Shown piece after piece: positions 1 to 12,626 of a DNA stretch of 64,000 bases. Under the pieces are notes generated by a model. The model had not been told where the DNA came from. It saw only the letters and a list, made by a program, of their open reading frames with translations, and did not search any database. Numbering within the stretch: the first letter of the stretch is position 1; every line of letters begins with the position of its first letter. The stretch lies in the NCBI GenBank assembly GCA_965113315.1, contig OZ220370.1; one strand, given 5' to 3'. This stretch comes from Podarcis vaucheri. Its lineage: Eukaryota. Both the position numbers and the translations under genes were made by a program.

Positions 1-133
<133 letters not shown>

Positions 134-411
134 CTACCATCACTGGAAAGCACTACATTTGATGTAGTTATCAGACGACAGGAAACTATGGCCAAGGGAA
201 TGGGTGTTTCCTATCAACACTTGGAGCTGCAATCCTCAAGTGCCAACTTATCTAAGGACCTTAAATATTTGAACTGCTTGCTCAAAACACTAATGGCAAA
301 TAAGCCTTGAGGTCAAATGCCAAAGTGTTTCATCAGCTTGGCTGCAGGTGCTGAAATAGCAAATAAGGCAGGCAGCACAGGGTTAGAAAAGCAGCCCATA
401 AAGTATCTTAC

Positions 412-528
412 CAGGTTTTCGTTCACAATTCCATCGCTGGCTGCAAAAAAAGCCAGGATATGTGAAATAAAGTATTTTTCTTCAGGTTTCAGTTTGTTCC
501 AGTGAGGAAGATCCTTTGATAAGTCAAC
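412..528 (-). CDS. RRM2B: RRM2B exon 3
   Basis: [39 protein letters not shown]; AG/GT flanks, 117 nt, phase 0. Confidence 0.96.
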
Positions 529-1167
529 CTTTGTGAGGAAGAAGAAAAATTCATTGCAAATTTATACTTTAGTGGTTCATTAATAACTCTGTAAGACAAA
601 AGAAACTCTTGAGGGAAGTGAAATGGCAAATTCTTTATTTATTAATTTTCTATACTGTTTTTTCATCTGTAGATCTCAAGGCAGCTCACAACACAAAGAT
701 ACAAGATAAGAACACAAAATACAAAAGAACAAGAGCAACAAAACCAAAACAAACCAATATCTACCAACCCGCCGCATTCATATAGTTCCTACAAAGCTTC
801 TCTCCACGATGCCTTGTGCTTCATTTAAAGACATTTGCAGGGACTGGATAGTTTGCAAGTGGACAGGGAAAGAGGATGCCCATAACTTGTTCAAAGACAT
901 GTTATTAATTTTGTTATTATCACCACTCCTCCAAAAGTTGCAAAATGGCTAACAGAAATAACAAATAATAAACACGAAACCAATACAATTAAAAATGAAT
1001 TAATTTAAGAAACAGTACACTAAATATGCCAGGATATCTGTGCTATCTATGATCATTTCTTGTTAACTGTTCCCTGCCCCACTGCAGGTGTAAATACAAT
1101 CATTTCAGGAGTTATCATCAATCTATTATGGTAAAATTTTACAGGTGTATCTATCTAACATATATAT

Positions 1168-1311
1168 CCCTGTTCAGGGAAGTTTTTAATGTATGATATT
1201 TTAGTGTGGTTTTTTTTGTTTCTATGGAAGCCGCCCAGAGTGGCTGGGGAAACCCAGCCAGATGGGCGGGGTACAAATAATAAATTATTATTATTATAAA
1301 TTATTATTATT
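1168..1311 (+). mobile_element. L2-clade LINE 3' tail with (TTA)n
   Basis: ggaagccgcccagagtggctggggaaacccagccagatgggcgggg...(tta)n; near-identical to the copy at 60350-60600. Confidence 0.75.
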
Positions 1312-1954
1312 GAGCTCTCAGTGTCACTGACTGCAATTTTTGTATCTTATTGCCATTCAGTTACCGCCTTACCATTTTCTCCTTTCTCTAGTCCACAAAA
1401 GCTTGTGCTGTAATAAATGTATTAAGAGTTTAAGGTGCCACATAATTCTTTTATTAATACGCTTAAAGTTCATCCACACTCAACAAGTCAGACACAAAAA
1501 GATGAACCAGCTGCTTCCAGAAAGACTACCTAAAACAGCACATTATCAGTGGCCCATATCAGTGTTCAAATGCCTGGGAGAAGACAAATGTCTTTGCCTG
1601 GTGCCAAACAGATGACAATGACAGCACCACGTGAGCCTCTTTGGGGCAAGTGTTAGTTATGTATCTACAACTTTCAGCACCCTTTACAAGCTACAGCTCC
1701 CAGAATTCTTTGGGGGAAGCCATGACTTTTAAAGTGGTACAAGAGTGCCTTAAATGTATGGTGTGGTTGTGACATCAGTGAATGGAGTCAGTCTTTCGTC
1801 ACCCTCTCTCCTAGCTGTCCCTAAAGTCTGGCTTTCCTAGGTCTCTTGACCCTTCCTTTCTTTTTATTCTCCTATACGAACCAAAACGCTTAAGTGGCTA
1901 GAGGAACTCCCCTACGAAAAAAGCCTATACACTGTTTGAGGTGTTTTTAGTTTA

Positions 1955-2215
1955 GAAAAAAAGTAAGGGTGGTCATGATAGAGGAATATAAAAAGATGCA
2001 TTCTGTGGAGAAGCTTTTCTTCTTCTCTCATAATACCAGAACAGGAGGTAATGCAATGAAGATGAATGTTGGAATATTCAAGGCAAAAAAAGGCGTATTT
2101 CTTCACACAGTGCCTAGTCAAAATATGGAAGTCATTAAAAGATGTAGCTGTGGACACCAATTTGGGTGGCTTTAAAATGGAATTAGGCAAATTCTTAGAA
2201 CTATCCACTAAGAAT
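1955..2215 (+). mobile_element. CR1 LINE 3' fragment
   Basis: Degenerate ORF2 C-terminus MIEEYKKMH..FFFSHNTRTGGNAMK..; tatttcttcacacag (YFFTQ). Confidence 0.75.
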
Positions 2216-2474
2216 TATATCAAATTCTAAGGCATTTGGAAGCCACTTGGGAACTGGATACCCAGCTGCCTCCTCTTCTGAAATGTCCTGAAATGTTTCA
2301 GAAACGTCTTGAAAGTGGTGTTGAACTACGCAAGTGGAGCATAGACTTAAGCTTGCTTTGTTTGCAACCCCATTGTCACTGTGGAAAAACTGTGACACCT
2401 CTAACACAGCAGGACACAGAATACACACCTGCGCGCACAAACACATCCTTCCCTCTGCATGTTGCTACACTCAC

Positions 2475-2636
2475 CTCTTCTGCTGTCCAGAAGGAAGCTT
2501 GTGCCTGCTTGTACATTTTCCAAATGTCTGGATACTGGATGGGGAAGATGACAAACCGGCGAGGGTTTTTCCTTAAAAGAGGCTCTTCGCCCGGTTTTAA
2601 ACCATCCTCAGTCTCACCTGAAGACGGCAACAATCT
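2475..2636 (-). CDS. RRM2B: RRM2B exon 2
   Basis: RLLPSSGE...[38 protein letters not shown]; 162 nt; KQAQAS and the short N-terminus match RRM2B rather than RRM2. Confidence 0.96.
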
Positions 2637-3084
2637 CTAAAGCAAGAACACAACGAGTAATCAATAACATCGGCCCAGAGATGGAAAGAAGATAAAAGTC
2701 TCAACCAGAGAAGAATGGCAGATTAAGTTGATGAATTATGCTGAAATGGCAAAAATGACCGGAAGAATAAAAAATCAGGAAGACCAAAGTTTTAATAATG
2801 GGGGAAATTTATAATTTATCTTAAAAATAATTGTAAACAGTTAAAATAGTTAGTAGGATTGGAATAACACTTGTAGTTTAATGGTGAATTTTGAATATAA
2901 CGGAGATGTAAAAGATCTGGATTATTATAAAAGATGCAGGAGTAAATGACTAACACTGGGACCCAGAAAGGGGAGGAGGGAAGTCCAGGAGATTCTTGGG
3001 AATCTTGTTTTTCTGATGTATGTTGCATATGTGATTGTAAAACTTTATCTGAAGAACCAAATAAATAATTTTTCGAAAAGTAAA

Positions 3085-3730
3085 CGAGCACAAGAGTCGT
3101 AGAGGGTGCGCTGGTTTTCTACGCCGCCTCGCTGAAAACTCAATGACGTATTATATAACCTAAGTTTTACTCGGAAGTCAGAGCCACGGAGCGCGGCGGA
3201 GTTGACTCCCGAGTAAGCGCGAGCATAGGATCGCGGCCCTGGAACTCGATCCTGCGTGCGCCTGCTCGGGTGGAAGGGCCTGATCCCCAGGAAACGCGCG
3301 CACCCATCCGGGGAGATGGAGATCCCAATCTGCCCTGCTCACCTCGTCCCCCTGCGGCCTAGCAGCGCCGCACGACGCAGGGCGCTCCCGTTGCTCGCCC
3401 ATGGCCCCGCAGCGGGCCCGGCCCGGGAGCAACGCCGGCGAAGGGAAGGCGGCGCCGACGATGGGGGCCTGCGCGCAGCAGCAACCGGCGGACCTGCAAG
3501 GGCAGCGGCGTCGGAAGAGACCACGACTCGGAGGCTCCTCCTCCCGGAGGCGGGATTGTGTGCGGCCGAAAGGGAAGGCAAATGCTCGCGCTTCCTCTGC
3601 AAAACTGAGTGTCTCTCCTCCTCCTCCTCGTCGTCCTTTAAGTCAAGGCGCAGACACAGGTCGAGACAAACAAAAATTAAATTAATAAATAACCCGTCTG
3701 AATTCAGCGCTCTGCCTCAGTGGCCGGGAA
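3085..3730. promoter_or_regulatory. CpG island / RRM2B promoter
   Basis: Only CpG-dense, GC-rich block in the window; spans exon 1; contains ETS (CGGAAGT ~3172), CRE-like (TGACGT ~3144) and NRF1-like (TGCGCGCA ~3470) motifs. Confidence 0.85.
3343..3402 (-). CDS. RRM2B: RRM2B exon 1 coding part
   Basis: gccATGG Kozak context; MGEQRERPASCGAARPQGDE then GAG|GTGAGC donor; phase 0 joins exon 2. Confidence 0.88.
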
Positions 3731-4789
3731 GAAGTTTAAGCTTAAAAAAATGTGAACTGAAAGGTATGTAAAATAATGTTTTAACATGCAATCGAGTTTG
3801 CATGTTCACCCGTCAGCCATGGGTGCTTCAGTTGAGATTTCTGCATTGCTTGGGGTTTGAACTAGATGATAGATCTGTTATTATGCTAAACTGATCACCC
3901 CAGAGGATCTTGCCCCCTTAAGAGCACTTATTGGTTCTACCTGAAGATACAGAGATTGAACTTGATCAAGCTTTTGAAGGACACCAGATTGGGCTGTGTA
4001 CACGCCTATATCTTTAAAACCCATTTTAAGCACATTTCAACCAACAGAGAATTACAGGCCCAGTAGTTTGTTAAGGAATTGTAGCTCTGTGAAGGTTAAA
4101 CTACAGTGCCCAAAGTGTTTTGAAGGGATCAGAGTTCTCAAAACAAAAATTAATGGCAAAAAGCTTCCCGAGGATCTCTCCAAATGGGGTGAATGGACAA
4201 CAGAATGGCAAATGTGATTTCATATAAGTAATATATAGGAATAGAGTTTGAGCTGTTTTAAGTGCAGTAAACTTATGAGGATCTGGAAGCTGGCTCCTCT
4301 CATTGCTAGATGGTCATTATTTCAATGGACAGCCTCTGTTGGAAAGCATCAGTTGCCAAGATAATATGCACAAAAGGATATTTGAAGATCACAAGGCATA
4401 CAGAGAACATATAATCATCACCATCAAATTTTTTATTCGCATCACATACAAACATCCATAAGCAAACCAATACAGAATTCCTGCCTTCCCAGTGATACAA
4501 AACATTTGTCAAATGAAAGAGGCAAAGCAGTCTAACATTGCATCTCTAGGTCTCCAGGGAGATCAGACATCTGCAATGTGTTTCGACGACAAAAAACCAA
4601 ATAAAAATATTTAGCCACTAACTTGGTGAGCTCCTGATTATTCCCCAATAATAGAAAATGTATGACCTCTAACTCTGGTTTCCATTTGGGATGCAGAGTT
4701 GATCTAGGAACTGCTGGCAGAGATCAGCATATAGTTTACATTTAAGAACCATATGTGTAAGAGTTTCCACCTGATGGTCTTCACATGGG

Positions 4790-5680
4790 CAAATTCTTTC
4801 TCCTTCCACCATTCCCGAGAACCGTCATTAGTGGAAGCATCGACTTGAGCTCCGCATTACTTGTGCAGTTTTTATTAGTTGAGCTCCGCATCAGCTGTGT
4901 GGTTTTTATTAGTTTTATCAGTTTTTATTCAGTTTTTATCAGCCTCAGTATTTTGTCTACAACATTTGGCAGCTTTTCCTTAACTAATATATTCACAAAG
5001 CTTGAGTTAAAAGCTCAAGTTAAAAGTCTTAGAGAAAGTCCTGGAAAGTCTCGGGGAAAGCCTTAATTAGCTCCAGCTCGATTCAGTCTACCAACTAATT
5101 ATCAGCAGGAGTGGCGATTAATTGCTCTATTTTGGGAGGACGCCGAGCTTTCCGATTTACAGCAGAAATTAGTAGCGGCTGCATCTCCAGGGAAATGACT
5201 AGGAAAAAGAAGCGACTGGTCTCATCTCCACAAGTGAGCCCACAGCAGAAGTGCAAGCAGGGTAACTGGATGATTTCGTAAGAGGACAGAATTCAGAACG
5301 TACCACATCCAACAGAGCACATTCCCAGGTAGGTGAGGACGCTTTAATGGGTGGAGATCACCCAGGGGAGAATGCTGAGACGAGCGCCCATGAACTATCC
5401 CATGAACTACTACCACAGAGGGCACCGCTCTATGCGGAAATACTCAAGGACCACTGTCTGCTGACTGCAAGAACAGTGGAGGAAATTAACAGCAAATTAG
5501 AAAAGGCAACATCTCTTTTGACTGAGTTGGTGCTTCTGGTGACCAGAAATGGCTCCCTCAATTCTAAAGAGGCCAACCACAGCTTTGCCCTTCCCCATGA
5601 CCATCGTGTACAGGGGTGTAACTGGTCTGGACTTGATAACGGAGAGACTACAAATAGTAAAAGTAACAATAGTGAAAGTA
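4790..5680 (+). mobile_element. Probable LINE 5'UTR plus frameshifted ORF1 fragment
   Basis: CpG-retaining island; 34-bp tandem duplication at 4845-4912; ATG 5195 basic N-terminus joined by a 1-nt frameshift to ORF 5347.. with a heptad-like segment; boundaries approximate. Confidence 0.45.
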
Positions 5681-6029
5681 GGGGCCTAATCCTACAAAGC
5701 ACTCAAGTAGCTCTCGATATATATCCTTTCAATGGTAAGCTGCCTTACTGGAAAGCAACTGACAGCATGAAGAGAAATTTTAAGCAGAGAACATATGGAA
5801 GAAGGCATGAGATTATATGTTAAAAGTAGCACTTGGTATTCGGCCTGGAACCTCATTGGTAACCAGAGCAGCTCTTCTGAGGACTGGTATCCTGCGTCTC
5901 TTTGGCATGCCTAGTAATCATTCTGCTGCACTTTGGATCAGCTGTCATTTCTGAACATTCAAAGGCAGGCCTATGGTGCAGTCTTGAGGTTAGTAGGGCA
6001 TGCATCACAGTGGTCTGTTACTTGTTTAT

Positions 6030-6270
6030 CAGGAGAGGGCGTAGCAAAAGTACCCTCTGGTTAGAAGAGAGACACTCCTGGCCACAAATAACACTCAAGC
6101 ACCAAGGAGCAGAACATCCAAGGAGGAGGAACTGCAGTGACACTGTGGAACTCCCTGCCAACTGAAATTAGGCAGACGCCCCTCCTTGCTGAGATTCAGA
6201 TACGTGACTAAAACTTTCTTGTTCCAGTATGCTTTTTAAGGTAGTGTTCAGTTGTATGATCAGTTGCTCA
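6030..6270 (+). mobile_element. Old L2 3' fragment
   Basis: ctgtggaactccctgcca..gaaattaggcag (LWNSLP.EIRQ), typical of the L2 ORF2 end. Confidence 0.5.
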
Positions 6271-8199
6271 GAATTGTAATATTTTGTTGAAATGAAGAAG
6301 TTCATTTCTTACATTGGGAGGCAGTTTGACTAGACAAAGTCCCTTCCAAACTCTCTGGTTCTGTGGTATGGATTCAGCTAAACAGTTGCGCTAGTGAGAG
6401 GAGTGCACTACTACGAGAACAATCTCCCCTCTCCTCCCCCATGGGCCCCCCAAATCAGCTCTAGGGGGTCAGGAGAGCCCTCAAAACTCACAGGGGGGAG
6501 GCAGCAAGATCGTTCCACCTAGCAAGCTGAAATGCTTGTGCTGATGGAGCCATGGTAATAGCGCAACAGTGAAGTCTACCCTCTGAGTCTATTACCACCT
6601 TCAAAGCTCTGAAAAGCTATAGGCTATATACATGTCTGTAGCCTATACATAAAGCTGTAAACCTAGAGGATTAATTTGTCATCCTGTTTATAACTTAATG
6701 ACTGCAATCCAAGCCAGAGGGATGACTCAAGAAATGTTCCGCTGAAAGATGTCATAGCAAAACCATATGCCCATCTCAGCCTCCAAGGTAACTTGAATGG
6801 ACACTCCTTCGCTAAAAGTATTTACTTAGGTATATGACCCTGCAAAGAGGGTTGGGCATTATCTCATTCGGCAATAATCACCATCTGTTGTTGACCTCTC
6901 TTTGGTTCCAAAGTTGACCTTTGCTCAGTGTCTGGCCAGCCAAAAAAGCTTTTGGAAGATTGTGTTGAAATTCTTGCAGTGTAAGGAGTCTCAAAAGATT
7001 TCATCCAGTGGTATTCAAACATTTATCTGGGATGCATACCAGACTTGTTTTTTAAAAAATATATCCTAAAACTCATGCAGCACTTTTGTGGGTCATGCAG
7101 TGCACTGAAGATGATGTCATAGATGGAGGTGCATAAGACTATAAAGAATCAACTCCACCAAGACCAGAGTAACCCGTGAAAATCAGTTCACCTAGGAAGC
7201 TAGAGAGCCTTAAAACAAATGGATTTCATGTATATTTCAATCGTTTCAAGATCACTCTTGCTTGCAGGTGCCTGGTAGAGTGAAATAAAATATCCATCTC
7301 CTGCAACTTCCACAAACCCCTTGGCACATAATGGCAGGGGTGAATGGAGAGCTGTATTCCAAACCATCTTAGCATTGGTGAAGGCTTATCTGCCGCATAA
7401 TTCTTATTTGTCTTTCTTTGCAGTACTTGTACTGTACTTTTCAGTTTACCAAGATGCTTATTTCAGGGATTTACATGTGATGATTTACTGGTGTCTTTAC
7501 TATTAAATGTCCCATCTCAAATTCTTCGTACTGTGATAAATATGTTTGCTCTTACATTTGCCTGTTTCAGTTGGGTAGCACAGGCCTGCTTGCCAAACAG
7601 TAAAGGATATGTAAGATAGCAGTTGTTAGATATCTAAACAAGTTTATATTTAGTTTCAAACTGCTGCTTGCAAAATGAGACAATTTTTGCATCGTATGTC
7701 TGCTTGAAAGACTGAGGCCCCATTTAACATTTGCTGCTCACTCCATCTCAGGTTAGGCTTAACTAATGGAAAAATAACAAAAACAAGCAATATACAGTGA
7801 ATAATTGTGAACACACAGTAATAAAATGTGGCACAAACAGGCTGCGGTGCTTGACTCTCTCTCACATTGTCCTTGTGGATGATGGTGACAGACGACCCCT
7901 TCCCTACCCCCTGACACCATCTCCTGGCAGAAGACCAAGAACCCATGGTCAGCAGGCCAAAGTGACTCACACATGTTAACTTCAAGCCAATGGGCTCAAT
8001 AACTACCAGGGAAACAGGCTTGAGAAGAAACCCAGTTCCATTTTGAAATCTGGGAGCATTAGTATCAGCTTTCAAACCAGCACTGTGTTGCAATACACAA
8101 TTGAAGAAACCACATCTAGCTTCAAAGAACTAAAGTTTTCCTATTGCTTTTTCTTTTACTCTATACCACATATTTAAAAGAAACTAACTTAAGCCAGAC

Positions 8200-10583
8200 A
8201 GCAATGTGGTGTACAATTTTAATAAACATTTCTTATGAAAAGCTTGATACTGTTCAAATATACAGAGAAAAGCTATTTATATAGCTACATATACATCTTG
8301 AGTCAATGACTACAGCATAAATCATTCTAGCTTTCCCCTTCGGTTAGAGTATCAGCAAAGTGTTTTCTACATGTATATATTTTCTTTTTAGGCTACTATA
8401 TCGGGCTTGTTGACTGTGTAGTTTTATCCTGCTGTGATTGTTGTAAAACAGCTATGTTATATACATAATTATACATATAACATATGGATATGCTATATAT
8501 ACACAGGTTATATATAACAATACTTTACAATATACACAGCCTTTCATAAGAGGGCTCTGGAAGAGATTAACCTTATTAAGCCTCAACACCTCAGTGAGGT
8601 AGGTAGCTATCATTATTTTACAGAATGTGAGTAAGAGGCCCAGAGACATTAAGTAACTTGCCATAAAAGCCAGTAGCAGATTCAGGAACAGAATCCAAAA
8701 CTTCATATCCACTGAATACATCACCAGAAACTCCATCCTTATCCCTCAAAGGGCTGTCAAAGGGGAAACTAATTAGTTCATCAATACATGCAGGGGGGGG
8801 AAATATTTTTAAAAAGCACCTGCAGTTATTCCCTAACTATACAAGTCTGGCACAGTCACCTTTAAGAGAACAAACAGTCTTCAGAGTCTACTGCATGGAG
8901 GTCAGAGATGTGCTCTAGCGAGCTTCCCCAAGGCCTGTCAGATTTTTCTGTAGAAGGCAGCCATTCTATTTTTAAGCTAAGGCAGAAAGGGGCTTGAATG
9001 CTGTTGTTAAGGGTGAGTGGGGGAGAGGAGCAGTTTTCCACTTTGGTAGAAATTTAAGCAAGTTTGCAGCGATGTGCTGTTCTCTCCCCATTCACCCCCC
9101 AGCCAAGAACCACGGGCACAGGGGAACAACTGAAGCCAAACAATCATAATGGAAAGAGCTTTATGTCTAGTAGGAGATGGTGAGCAAGCAACAACACAGA
9201 GCCTCCCCCTTTCGGACATCACTTAAGAACTAAACAAAACAGGACCCTGGCGTACTGAAATACAAGAGGACTCTCTCCCCTTCATTGTAAAAATGTTTAA
9301 TTTAAAAAAAAAAAGCAAGCACTCAGCGCACCACAATACATTTGGCAAACTTTTCTTTGTGCTGATTGAACAAAACTACATTACGCCTCCATCTTGTACA
9401 GCCTGGTGAAAACAAGAGAGCTTGCCAGGGCAGGGCAGTTCTGCTAACTGTAAAATGTGGGCTGAACTCCTTCCATTTCGACTGAAGATGAGAATGAGTT
9501 TTATTCACTTATGCAATTTAGAGTGGCTTAGTGAATGACTGTGGTGTGTGGTGATAACTAGGATTATACAGGCTATATAAATAAAAACTATTGTTTCTTC
9601 AGTATGACTTTGTACTTTTGTCTGTAATTTATTAAAAACTGTAACAAGATACTTAAAAAAGGCTAGATACAAAAGTAGTTAAGCTGCTCACGAACATTAA
9701 ATTTCTTCAAAATGTACCTTCAAATAATCATGATCTTATAAACATTTTACAGTTACCAGGTAGTGCCTAGGCTGAAATTTTAAACAGTCTGAGACACAGC
9801 AGAACAAGTGTCCAGGTTGGAGTTGGAAGTGGAACAACCTTCTGACTGATTGCTCGAGGAAAGAGGGATACAAAAATGTTGATTGTGAACGATTAAATAC
9901 TGTGCATTGGCTTCCTTGTTATGTACAAAAAGATCCTCACTAAGGTATACAGATTACATGCAAAACATTAGTGGTGGTATTTGTGTGCCAGAGTCCAATG
10001 CAAAGAGACAAAACTTGCAATGGCAGTGGTTTTTTTGTAAGCAAACGTGAATGATTTCAACTCTTAGCTCTAACTGGCAAGAACTTTTTACAAGTTCAAT
10101 ATACATGATGCACAACTGCAGCCAACCACAAAATTAAACACCATTTAAAAAAAAAGTTAAAATAAAACACAGAACATACTTCATCTTTTATTTTGAAATT
10201 CCCTACTCCCTCTATACATGAACCTTTGCTGAAGCACTTTCCACAAAGGCAGCAGTGAATTTTCTTAGAACATTTTACATATTCCTTCCCCACCCTCCCC
10301 CAGCAAAAAGCTAAATCACAGTGTAATTTATATTGTTCTGCTGTCATCTTTGGCTGGGGTTGGCCAGGAAGCCGGCAACTAGCAAATGGTTACAGTCCGA
10401 CATTGCTAGTGCTCCTTCGGCCCCTTGGGTTGCAAACTTAATACAGGAATGTTGCATTTAGTCATTGCAATACCAGCAGGGAGAGTATGACAGCATTAAC
10501 TTTCATAAACTTTTATAGACAAATGGAAAATCTACAAAAAAACTAGCTATTAATATTACACAGCAATACACACTTTTTATACT
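8200..10583 (-). other. UBR5: UBR5 3'UTR with tandem polyA signals
   Basis: Minus-strand AATAAA at 10187-10192, 9628-9633 and 9500-9505; ATTAAA at 8218-8223 followed by a U/GU-rich tract; the distal end is inferred. Confidence 0.55.
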
Positions 10584-10796
10584 CTACACAAAACCAAAAT
10601 TTTTGGTCTTAATGGCGAGTAGCAACTTCTGCTTGAGAATCTGTTTAGAAGAATACAGAGGGACATAAAGGCGAGAAATACAAGTGTTCGCTGTAGGAAG
10701 GTGTTGGTCATCTGGCGGCCTTATCGTGATGGATGGCATGGGCTGAAATCCTTCTTCGCTAGCAGGCAAGGATGGGCTTGACGTCCAGAAATAAAC
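10584..10796 (-). CDS. UBR5: UBR5 exon 59 (last; HECT catalytic Cys codon 10680-10682)
   Basis: [16 protein letters not shown]...[12 protein letters not shown]...KTKNFGFV*. Confidence 0.97.
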   Translation of the reverse strand, partial: VYFWTSSPSLPASEEGFQPMPSITIRPPDDQHLPTANTCISRLYVPLYSSKQILKQKLLLAIKTKNFGFV

Positions 10797-11768
10797 CTAA
10801 GGTGCAAATAAACAGTGACCTGTTAATGATTTGGGGAGGGGGGAATTCACATGCCAATTTTATATTTCAGTGGCATGCGGTGAAATTTATCGTAGAGGGA
10901 CAGTTAGGGCCAGAGGCGCCAGCTTCCAAGGGCAATGGGGGAGGGGGGGAGACGTTGCATACATGACGTCCTGATGTCACACACATGAGAATCGGCCTTT
11001 GGGCATGTGGAGGGAGGACTCTTGGACCCCATCAGAGCATTGTGCTCTGGGCTTTGGGAAGCAGGCACCAGGTTTAAATACTTTAATACTCTAATTTACT
11101 GGGAACATTTAAGGCACTAGCCTAGTCCCTCATGTCCACACTTCGTTGTTACTAATGTTACATCCCTTTATGCCAAAATCCTGTAGATTCAAACAATATT
11201 TAAGATGTTATCTGTCAGCACCATCTTTGAGTCTTTGTTTTTCCACAAATAATGGAGCTCTATGGTAGAGAAAATAATTAACACAGAGCTTGAATTGGTT
11301 AATAACCAGTAACAGAAATCTACAATGCTCAGATAACAAATGTGAAGCATTTCAGAAAATGACCATCTCATTATTAGTTTTATGAGAGTAACTAAAAGTA
11401 ATCCACTCGAGATTCTCATTGTCCAGTCTTTTAAAAAACTCAAATGTTGAAATCAGAACTAATGCCCAAGGGGAAATGTTACTGATTTTCTTTTTTTATG
11501 GCAGACTCTGTATTATATTGTAGCCTGATTTTGATACTCCCCCCTCAGCTTCAAAAGAGGTTTGAAATGTACCAGGAGGAACCAATCTTGAAGAGACTCC
11601 AAATCCCAAACTCCTGAGTGATTGAAGTTGCTCTTTGGGCCCAGGAGGAAATGATACCATACTGGGGTAGTTAAAATAAGAAACTTGTTTTTCTCCCCAA
11701 TGTGGAGTCATCTAGTACCAACAGGGATTAACAAATCCCATATGTTGACCAAAAGAAAGAATACTTAC

Positions 11769-11854
11769 TAGATCTTGCCTTTCAGTCATACTCATCTTCT
11801 CAACTATGGACCAAAACCAACGTTTGAACTGCAAAAGCTTTTCAGCGTTTTCTC
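11769..11854 (-). CDS. UBR5: UBR5 exon 58
   Basis: (G)[28 protein letters not shown]. Confidence 0.95.
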
Positions 11855-12481
11855 CTGTTCAGAAATGAAATAAATTAACAGAAGAGCAGGCAGATAATAA
11901 CATTTAGTTGTGGATATCAGATACTGGACTTAATGGAAATACTCTGGTTGTGCAATTAGCAACAACCAACTATGAATTAAAATGCCAATAAGAGCAGACA
12001 GAGAGATCTAAGGACATGGTTTCACTAGATTACTTTTATTATGTAAGTAATAGTTTATATTAGAAAGGTCTGAAGAGACTGGTGTGAAGGAGAAACGGAT
12101 AGGCCATCTGCACTGTGATTTTTGTAGATCTGCAAAAATCTCCAAATACAATGGAGAGACATGGGGCTGGATGCAACCAACCCATTCTGCTAGCACTCTG
12201 AGCAAGGATTCCCACTAGGGCAACAGGGCTTTCTCTCCCTCTTCACTCCCCCAAAATCTATTCTGGAGGGCCAGAAGAACCCCTAGATCAGCATGTGACA
12301 GGAGGAGAGGGGAGATCATTCCATCAGACAAACACAAATGCTTGCTCACACTGAATTTCCCCCATAGTCTGCATGCTTCAGAAAACATTGCATTTGTCTA
12401 ACCAATATGAAAAGGGGAAAAAAGCAGTCTGGAGCAAGATTACTGCTGCACGACTAAAGGATTACACAAATAATTTCATAC

Positions 12482-12626
12482 CTGATTCATCATTGAAGGA
12501 CGTAAAGCTGATTAGCATTTGCACATTAACTTCACCACAGCCATTTACGAGAAGCCTGAAATCCTCTGCTGTCAAGTCTTCTAATGAATTCTTTGGAAGT
12601 ACATCCAGCAGACCTTTCCTCATTGC
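12482..12626 (-). CDS. UBR5: UBR5 exon 57
   Basis: AMRKGLLDVLPKNSLEDLTAEDFRLLVNGCGEVNVQMLISFTSFNDES. Confidence 0.95.

Noticed and set aside
3256-3771. 171-aa + strand ORF over the RRM2B promoter
   Set aside because: Non-ATG start and low-complexity Ala/Arg/Gly content expected from a stop-poor CpG island; no recognisable domain.
3782-3807. AACATGCAA-N6-TTGCATGTT palindrome as a p53 site
   Set aside because: Five mismatches to the two half-sites plus a spacer; not supportable.
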